This document shows positions 28,481 through 34,984 of a stretch of 34,984 bases of DNA, piece after piece; within the stretch, counting starts at the first letter, position 1; the number at the start of each line of letters is the position of its first letter. The notes beneath the pieces were generated by a model. That model saw nothing but the letters and a program-made list of their open reading frames with translations, searched no databases and was not told where the DNA came from. The translations under genes and the position numbers were made by a program. The DNA is from Gemmatimonadota bacterium. Lineage in GTDB: Bacteria > Gemmatimonadota > Gemmatimonadetes > Longimicrobiales > RSA9. The stretch covers positions 1 through 34,984 of the forward strand of contig JBBDRO010000054.1 of the NCBI GenBank assembly GCA_040905425.1. Reading direction: 5' to 3'.

Positions 28481-28613
28481 TGCCGGGCCCGCCCCGCCGG
28501 GCGTGCGCACGGGCGGCTCCGCCCCACCGGGCGGACCCCGGCACACTGATGCCGGGTTCACCGCGCCGGGCGTGAGCACGGGCGACTCCGCCCCACCGGG
28601 CGGATCGCGGCAC
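28476..28613 (+). repeat. 69-bp tandem duplication spanning the M28 stop and the EEP start
   Basis: Units ACTGATGCCGGG...GGCAC at 28476-28544 and 28545-28613. Confidence 0.9.
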
Positions 28614-29561
28614 CCGGAGCTGGCGCTCTGGGCGGCCAACGTGGGCGGGCCGGTGGCGCTGGACGGGGCGCCGCCGGCCCGCACGCCGTTGGCGGGGCTC
28701 ACGGTGCTGTCCTGGAACGTGGCCATCGGTCGCGCGCGCGTGGCTGAGCTGCTCGGCCGGTTGGCCGAAGGGGCGTTCGACGAGGCGCTCGGCCGGCCGG
28801 TGACGGACGCCGCCCGCCCGCTGGTGCTGCTCCTCCAGGAGGCGTACCGGGCCGGCGGCGGTGTGCCGCCCGACCCCCGCGGCGCGCACCATGGCGGGCA
28901 GCACCCCGGCGCGGAGCTCCCCCACCGCACGGACATCGTGGCGCTGGCAGGGCAGCGGGGACTTTCCCTCCGCTACGCGCCCTCCATGCGCAACGGCCGC
29001 CATGCCAGCGACCGCGGCAACGCCATCCTCTCCACCGTGGCGCTGGGCGCCCTGGACGCCGTTCAGCTCCCCTACATCCGCCAGCGCCGCGTGGCCGTGC
29101 GCGCTGACATCACGGGCGTGGCGGGGGTGGCGCTGTGCAGCGCGCACCTGGACACGCGGGGCCAGCCGCGGCGGGGTGATGGCGGGCCGCGCTACCTGGG
29201 ACCCTTCGGCGCGGGGCGGGCGGCACAGGCGGCCGCGCTGGCGGCGGCGCTGCGTGGCGCGGCGCACACCCCCGCGCTGCTTCTGGGCGCCGACCTGAAC
29301 AGCTACCTGGGCGCGCTGGACCCGGCGCTGGCGCCACTCCGCAGCATCGGGCTGCGCGAGGGCGCCCGGCTGACGCGCTGGGGGCACACCTACCATCGAG
29401 GGCGGCTCCGGCTGCCGCTGGACCACCTCCTGTGGGCGCCGGGCGACGGGGTCATCGAGGCGGTGCGTGTCGTGCGGCTCGATGCGCGGCCCGGGGACCG
29501 GGGCGCACGGGTCTTCGGCTCCGACCATCACCCGCTGCTGGCGGACGTGCGGCTGGGCTGA
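28503..29561 (+). CDS. Endonuclease/exonuclease/phosphatase (EEP) family protein
   Basis: LSWNV, LLQE, GNAILS, SAHL, GADLN, LDHL, SDHHP motifs. Start is ambiguous (GTG 28503 or GTG 28572). Confidence 0.85.
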   Translation: MRTGGSAPPGGPRHTDAGFTAPGVSTGDSAPPGGSRHPELALWAANVGGPVALDGAPPARTPLAGLTVLSWNVAIGRARVAELLGRLAEGAFDEALGRPVTDAARPLVLLLQEAYRAGGGVPPDPRGAHHGGQHPGAELPHRTDIVALAGQRGLSLRYAPSMRNGRHASDRGNAILSTVALGALDAVQLPYIRQRRVAVRADITGVAGVALCSAHLDTRGQPRRGDGGPRYLGPFGAGRAAQAAALAAALRGAAHTPALLLGADLNSYLGALDPALAPLRSIGLREGARLTRWGHTYHRGRLRLPLDHLLWAPGDGVIEAVRVVRLDARPGDRGARVFGSDHHPLLADVRLG

Positions 29562-29568
29562 ACGCGCG

Positions 29569-29602
29569 GCGGGCCGGCCGGAAGGAGATTCGGCCGGCCC
29601 GC
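29569..29602. terminator. Hairpin between convergent genes
   Basis: 12-bp stem GCGGGCCGGCCG / CGGCCGGCCCGC. Confidence 0.6.
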
Positions 29603-29636
29603 GTGCGGAGCCCGGTGACTGGACGTGGGACGTCGC

Positions 29637-31877
29637 TTACAAACCGGCGCTCTCGGCCGTCACCGCGGGCTTCTCCGGCCCGTCCAGCCAGTGGCTGAAC
29701 CACTGCCGTAGGCGCGCCAGGCGGTCCACCAGCAGCCACGGCTCACCGGTGCGGGACAGGTCGTGCGTGGAGCGCGGGTAGCGGACGAATTCCACCGGCA
29801 CGTCCTGGCGGTCCAGCGCCTGGAACCACAGCTCCGCGTCATTCATGGGGGTGCGGTGGTCCTCCTCCGACTGCACGATCAGGGTGGGCGTCGTGGCGTT
29901 CCCCACGAAGGTCATGGGGGAGAGGGACTCGTAGAGCTCCCACTGCTCCCACGGCCTGCCGAAGAACTCGAACTCCGTGAGCGTGGGCACGTCCGTGCTC
30001 CCCCACCAGCTCACCCAGTTGCTGATCATGCGGTCCGCCTGAGCCGCCTTGAAGCGGTCCGTCCTGGTGGTGATCCACGCGGTCATGAAGCCGCCGTAGG
30101 AACCGCCCGTCACCCCCATGCGGTCCTCGTCCACGTCGGGGCGGGCGGCGGCGATGTCCACCGCCTTCATCAGGTCCTCGTAGTCTTCCAGGCCCCAGCG
30201 GCCGCGGGTGCTGTAGGTGAAGTCGGCGCCGTAGCCGCTCGAGCCGCGCGGGTTGGTGAAGAGCACCCACATGCCCGCGCCCGCGATGTTCTGGAACTCG
30301 TCGAACCAGCCCTCCCCGTACTGCGAGTGCGGGCCGCCGTGAATGTAGAGGACGAGCGGGTACTCCCGGCCCTCCTCGTAGCCGTAGGGCTTCATCATCC
30401 AGCCCTCGATCTCGAAGCCGTCCACGCTCTCGAAGGTGAAGCGTTCGGCGTCTGAGAAGGCCACCTCGGAGGTGAGCTCGTCATTGAAGCCGGTGAGGCG
30501 GCGCTCGTTGCTGCCATCGATGTCCGCAACGTAGAGCTCGGTGGGCGCGTCCACGCGGGTGGCCACGTAGGTCATGCGCGTGAAGTCGGCGTCGTAGGTA
30601 ACACCGCGCAGCTGGCGGCGGCCACCCACCACCTGGGTGCGCTCACCGGTGCGCGGATCCAGTGTCATGAGCGCGGAGCGGCCGCCGATGGAGACCGTGA
30701 ACCAGAGCTTGCCGTCCTCCCGCCACTCCACAGAGCCTGGCTCGTAGGGCCAGTCCCCGAGCAGGTCGCGGGGTTCGGCGCCGGGCCGGGCGTCCACCAC
30801 GTAGAGGCGGCTGGGCGCCGTGCGGCCGGTGCTGGAGGTGAAGGCAATCCGCCGGCTGTCCGGCGACCATGTGATGCCCCGCTCGTTGCCGAGCCATTCC
30901 CCCAGGCGCTGGGGCTCGCCGCCTGTGGCCGGCAGCAGGAAGAGGTCACTGTCATTGCGGTTCTCCTCGTGCGCCGGGTCGTAGGGCAGGGCGGCGATGG
31001 AGTCCCGCTCGGCCTCGACCACGGAGTCGGGGCGCAGCGCGGCGTCGGCGCTGTAGAGGATCCAGCGGCCGTCGGGCGAGACGTCTCCCCCGCGCACCGA
31101 GTAGGGCGCGCGGGTCAGCTGCACGGAGCTGGTATCCCCCGTGGCGTTCTTCCGCCACAGCTGGGACGGTCCGCGCGGGGCCGGCGGCGCCTCGCGCCGG
31201 TTCGGCACGAAGCCGGGGCCGTTGCGCTTGTAACCGCCGTCCACGATGTGGCGCCCGTCGAAGCGCGCCACGTCCAGCGGCGTGGTGATGGCCCCGAACG
31301 GCGGGCGGGCGGTGGCGGGCATGCGGGCAAACGGATCCTCGGGGCGCTCGCCCCCCTCGCCGCGCGCCCGGGGGCCGTCCTGGCCGCCGTCACCGGGACC
31401 GTCACTGTCCGCATCGGCATCCGTGTCCGCGTCCGCGCTCCGCGTGAAGACGTAGAAGCTCTCGTCTGCCGGCGTGGAGCCGTTCGGACGGTCCTCGTCC
31501 TCCGGCTGGAAGGCCTCACCCGGCGCGTCCATGCGCAGCGCCCAGCTGTTGCCCCGCCCGCCGGGGCGGTTGGAGCTGAAGTAAAGCAGCCTGCCGTCCT
31601 CCGACCAGCGCGGGTTCGAGCTCTCGTAGCCGGGGGCGGTCAGGCGCACCGGCTCGCCGCCGGCCACGGGCACCATCCACACCTCACGGTGGCGCTCGTT
31701 TTCGTCCTCGTTGACGGTCTGCACCGTGAAGGCCACGTGCTGGCCGTCGGGGGACATGGCCGGATTGCTCAGGTGCGTGACGCGGTACCAGTCGGCGGGC
31801 GTGAAGGCGCGCCGCTCCTGGGCCGCGAGCGGCAGCGGCAGGAGGAGGAAAAGGGCCACCAGGATGGTTCTGCGCAT
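29637..31877 (-). CDS. Secreted S9C-type peptidase (acylaminoacyl/dipeptidyl peptidase-like) with PD40-like repeats
   Basis: Signal peptide LAA-QE; SPDG/WSPD repeats; HGGPH, NPRGSSGYG, GGSYGG, EEDHR, STH motifs. Confidence 0.93.
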   Translation of the reverse strand: MRRTILVALFLLLPLPLAAQERRAFTPADWYRVTHLSNPAMSPDGQHVAFTVQTVNEDENERHREVWMVPVAGGEPVRLTAPGYESSNPRWSEDGRLLYFSSNRPGGRGNSWALRMDAPGEAFQPEDEDRPNGSTPADESFYVFTRSADADTDADADSDGPGDGGQDGPRARGEGGERPEDPFARMPATARPPFGAITTPLDVARFDGRHIVDGGYKRNGPGFVPNRREAPPAPRGPSQLWRKNATGDTSSVQLTRAPYSVRGGDVSPDGRWILYSADAALRPDSVVEAERDSIAALPYDPAHEENRNDSDLFLLPATGGEPQRLGEWLGNERGITWSPDSRRIAFTSSTGRTAPSRLYVVDARPGAEPRDLLGDWPYEPGSVEWREDGKLWFTVSIGGRSALMTLDPRTGERTQVVGGRRQLRGVTYDADFTRMTYVATRVDAPTELYVADIDGSNERRLTGFNDELTSEVAFSDAERFTFESVDGFEIEGWMMKPYGYEEGREYPLVLYIHGGPHSQYGEGWFDEFQNIAGAGMWVLFTNPRGSSGYGADFTYSTRGRWGLEDYEDLMKAVDIAAARPDVDEDRMGVTGGSYGGFMTAWITTRTDRFKAAQADRMISNWVSWWGSTDVPTLTEFEFFGRPWEQWELYESLSPMTFVGNATTPTLIVQSEEDHRTPMNDAELWFQALDRQDVPVEFVRYPRSTHDLSRTGEPWLLVDRLARLRQWFSHWLDGPEKPAVTAESAGL

Positions 31878-31964
31878 GGCTGGGACTCCCGTACATGGGC
31901 GCGCTCACCTGCGCGCGTGGACCGGACTGCGAATGGGCCTGGGGAGGGACACCCCGAGATTAGT

Positions 31965-31986
31965 TTGACGCGGGCGGGTGCGTCAA
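31965..31986. promoter_or_regulatory. Inverted repeat TTGACGC-N8-GCGTCAA in the divergent S9/cfa promoter region
   Basis: Perfect 7-bp arms; TACGAT -10-like box at 32006-32011. Confidence 0.4.
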
Positions 31987-32057
31987 CGTTGGCGCGGCGC
32001 GCGCGTACGATTCATGCGGCGCCCCGCGGCACCGCACACCAGCAAGGAGGAGTGGAC

Positions 32058-33368
32058 ATGGCCACGCTCGCAGCTCCCGCGACTGCCACCACCCTGGACC
32101 TGGTCCAGGACATCTTCAACGGTGTCGAACCCCGCGACTTCGCGGTCCGGCTCTGGGACGGCACGTCGTGGACACCGGAGGGTGCCGAGGCGCCGGCGGT
32201 GACGCTTGTGCTGGAGCACCCGGGAGCGCTCCGGCGTCTGCTCGTGGCTGGCAGCGAAGCCGCCCTGGCCGAGGCGTACCTGACCGGCGACGTGGGCATC
32301 GAGGGGGACCTCTTTGCCGTGGCCGCCGTGGGTCGGGGCATCATGCAGCGCCGGCGCGGCGTGGCCGAGCGGGCACGGCTGGCCGTGCGTGCGCTGGGGC
32401 TGCCGCGCGGCAGCGGGTTCGCCCCGGGGCAGGGCGCGGGCGGGCTGGTCGCGCCCGTACTGGGCGGCGCGCGCCACAGCCTTGCCAGGGATCGGGCGGC
32501 CGTCACGCACCACTATGACCTCTCCAACCGATTCTACGCGCTGTTCCTGGACCCGCGCATGGTGTACAGCTGCGCGGTCTTTGCCCACCCGGATGAAGAT
32601 CTCGAGGCAGCGCAGCTCCGCAAACTGGACCTCATCTGTCGCAAGCTGCGCCTCACCTCCGGCAAGCGGCTTCTGGACATTGGCTGCGGCTGGGGCGCCC
32701 TCATCCTGCACGCCGCCGCCGCATACGGCGTGGAAGCGCTCGGCGTCACGCTGAGCGAGCGGCAGGCGGAGGAGGCGCGGGCGCGCATCCGTGCGGCCGG
32801 GCTCGAGGATCGGTGCCGGGTGGAGGTGCGCGACTATCGGACGCTTGATGACGGGGACGGGTTCGACCACGTGGCCAGCGTGGGGATGTTCGAACACGTG
32901 GGTAGCAACCGCGCGGCCGAGTACTTTGCCACCATCCACCGGCTGCTGCGGCCGGGGGGCACGTACCTCCACCATGCGATCACTGGCAATCCGCAGGGCG
33001 CACAGTCGGTGGGGGAGACCCTCTCGCAGCGGTTCGTCTTCCCCGATCACGAACTCATCCCCCTGGGGCGGACGCTGACGTTCGCCGACGAGGCGGGCTT
33101 CGACGTGCGCGACGTGGAGAACCTGCGCGAGCATTACGCGCTCACGCTAAGGCGGTGGGTGGCGGCGCTGGAGGACCGGCACGAGGAGGCTGCCGCGGAG
33201 GTGGGCGAGGCCACGTGGCGGGCGTGGCGTCTGGTCTTTGCCGGCGCGGGTTGGCAGTTCGAAGCGGGTCATCACGGCCTCGTGCAGGCGCTGCTCTCGA
33301 AGCCCACGGTGAGCGGTGCGGCGGGGTTGCCGCTCGAGCGGCGCGACTGGTACGAAGCGGCTAGCTGA
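32058..33368 (+). CDS. cfa: Cyclopropane-fatty-acyl-phospholipid synthase family methyltransferase
   Basis: HHYDLSN.FY.LFLD..MVYSCA.F, LDIGCGWG, VTLS..Q, SVGMFEHVG, VFP, HYALTL..W; AAGGAGG RBS before ATG 32058. Confidence 0.93.
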   Translation: MATLAAPATATTLDLVQDIFNGVEPRDFAVRLWDGTSWTPEGAEAPAVTLVLEHPGALRRLLVAGSEAALAEAYLTGDVGIEGDLFAVAAVGRGIMQRRRGVAERARLAVRALGLPRGSGFAPGQGAGGLVAPVLGGARHSLARDRAAVTHHYDLSNRFYALFLDPRMVYSCAVFAHPDEDLEAAQLRKLDLICRKLRLTSGKRLLDIGCGWGALILHAAAAYGVEALGVTLSERQAEEARARIRAAGLEDRCRVEVRDYRTLDDGDGFDHVASVGMFEHVGSNRAAEYFATIHRLLRPGGTYLHHAITGNPQGAQSVGETLSQRFVFPDHELIPLGRTLTFADEAGFDVRDVENLREHYALTLRRWVAALEDRHEEAAAEVGEATWRAWRLVFAGAGWQFEAGHHGLVQALLSKPTVSGAAGLPLERRDWYEAAS

Positions 33369-33420
33369 GTAACCCGCCGCTTCCCCGCGGAGCAGCTGCC
33401 GGAGGGGCACGCCGCGCTGG

Positions 33421-34896
33421 CTACGCGCGCGCGCCCAGCGCCTCCAGGAGGGATTCGTGGAGCCCGCCGAACGCACCGTTGGACATGATCAGGATCACGT
33501 CCCCCGCGCGCGTGGACTTCTGCAGGTGCGCCACGATCCGCCCAACGTCGGGCTCGTGGAGCGCCGGTTTGCCCGCCGCGCGCCAGCGTGTGACGAGGGC
33601 GTGGGGGTCCAGACCGGTGGCGGCGTCGTAGCGTTCGGGATGGAAGAGGGCGCCCACCACGATCTCGTCCGCCAGGCCGAGCGCCTCCTCGTAGGGTTGC
33701 TCGAACTCCTTGCGCTGCGCCGTGTAGCTGCGCGGCTCGAAGACCGCCACCACGCGCCGGTCCGGCCAGCGCTGCCGCGCGGCGATGAGCGTCTCCCGGA
33801 CGGCGGTGGGATGATGGGCAAAGTCGTCCACCACGAGCACGCCGCCCGGCTCCCCGCGCACCTCCAGGCGCCGGCGCACGCTGCGGAAGGTGCGCAGCCC
33901 CTCGATCAGCCCCTCCCGGGGCGCGCCCGCGGCGGTGGCGGCGGCCAGCGCGGCCAGGGCGTTGCGGACGTTGAAGGCGCCCGCCACGGGCATGGCCACA
34001 TCCGCCCAGTGCTCACCGTCCAGGAGGACGGTGAAGCGCGTGAGTTCGCCCGCGTAGTCCATGTCCACGGCCCGCCAGCGGGGATGTCCCGCGGGCGCCG
34101 CCAGGGCGGCGTCCTGCTGGGGGAAGCGCTCCCCCGGCGGAGGCGGCGGCAGCGAGGCCGGCTCCGCCCCCAGCGCAAAGGAGTGGACCGGCGCGAAGGA
34201 GCGCACCGCGAGCGCGCGCACCTCCTCCTCCTCCCAGCCGGCGATGAGGGCGCCGTTGGAGGGAACCAGGTTCACGAAGCGCTCGAAGGCCCAGCGGTAT
34301 GCCCGGGCGTCCCGGTAGATGTCGGCGTGATCGAACTCCATGTTGCCCACCACGGCAATGCGCGGTCGGTAGTGCCACATCTTGGGCACCTTGTCGAAGT
34401 AGGCCGTGTCATACTCGTCGGCCTCGATGACGAAGAGCGGCGCATCCGTGAGGCGGAAGGAGGTGCCGAAGTTCTCGGCCACGCCGCCGATGAGAAAGCC
34501 GGGATTCATGCCGGCCGCCTCGAGCAGCCAGGCCAGGAAGGACGTGGTGGTGGTCTTGCCGTGCGTGCCGGCTACGGCAATGCAGGTGCGGTCCTCCAGG
34601 AACGCCTCACGCAGCGTGGCGGCGGCCGATGTGTAGGGAATGCCACCGTCCAGCACCGCTTCCAGTTCGGGATTGCCGCGCGAGATGGCGTTGCCCACCA
34701 CGACCACGTCCGGAGTGGGCCGCAGATTCTCCGCCCGGTAGCCCTCCGCGTAGTCGATGCGCAGGTCGCGCAGCATGTCCGACATGGGAGGATAGACCCC
34801 GGCGTCGGAGCCGGTGACGCGGTGGCCGGCGGTGCGCAGCAGCCCCGCCAGGGAGGCCATGGCGGTGCCGGCGATGCCGATGAGGTGGTAGTGCAT
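33421..34896 (-). CDS. mpl: Murein peptide ligase (UDP-MurNAc:L-Ala-gamma-D-Glu-mDAP ligase)
   Basis: HLIGIAGTAMASLA, YPPMS, GNAISRGNPE, AGTHGKTTT, EADEYDTAYFDK, EFDHADIY, DDFAHHPTA, FEPRS, MSNGAFGG. Confidence 0.93.
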   Translation of the reverse strand: MHYHLIGIAGTAMASLAGLLRTAGHRVTGSDAGVYPPMSDMLRDLRIDYAEGYRAENLRPTPDVVVVGNAISRGNPELEAVLDGGIPYTSAAATLREAFLEDRTCIAVAGTHGKTTTTSFLAWLLEAAGMNPGFLIGGVAENFGTSFRLTDAPLFVIEADEYDTAYFDKVPKMWHYRPRIAVVGNMEFDHADIYRDARAYRWAFERFVNLVPSNGALIAGWEEEEVRALAVRSFAPVHSFALGAEPASLPPPPPGERFPQQDAALAAPAGHPRWRAVDMDYAGELTRFTVLLDGEHWADVAMPVAGAFNVRNALAALAAATAAGAPREGLIEGLRTFRSVRRRLEVRGEPGGVLVVDDFAHHPTAVRETLIAARQRWPDRRVVAVFEPRSYTAQRKEFEQPYEEALGLADEIVVGALFHPERYDAATGLDPHALVTRWRAAGKPALHEPDVGRIVAHLQKSTRAGDVILIMSNGAFGGLHESLLEALGARA

Positions 34897-34984
34897 GTGG
34901 GCGGAAGCTAGTGGGTCCCGGCGGGGACGGCGAGAGCGCCTGCGGGAGCGCGCGGGGAACGCGGCTGGCTGGCTGCCGAGCGGC

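Noticed and set aside
30969..32057. Apparent 799-aa fusion extending cfa at its N-terminus
   Set aside because: The extension is antisense to the S9 peptidase, and a strong AAGGAGG RBS marks the real start at 32058.

Overview
A very GC-rich, gene-dense bacterial chromosome segment. The many secreted S9/M28 peptidases, Tat amidase and lipoproteins suggest Gemmatimonadota, but that is inference. I can support 29 CDSs and see no tRNA, rRNA, CRISPR array, transposase or integrase. The left third has an amidohydrolase, an FmdB zinc ribbon, TetR-GMC, sahR-ahcY, and a dispersed redox/sulfur-type set (two OsmC, DUF3365 and cytochrome c hemoproteins, TlpA, DUF302) with HtrA and BON. The rest holds membrane-stress genes (MscS, cardiolipin synthase, CASTOR/POLLUX-like channel, cfa), peptide-scavenging enzymes and mpl. 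Three signals stand out. (1) A conserved AT-rich palindrome (core ACTRYAT-N4-ATRYAGT) overlaps the -10 box of three separate promoters (fmdB-like, osmC-1, DUF302), pointing to a regulon with an unidentified repressor. (2) An in-frame second copy of the last 12 codons of htrA follows its stop, and all 5 differences fall at third codon positions. (3) Several other short tandem duplications sit at gene ends, including an array of five in-frame amber stops.
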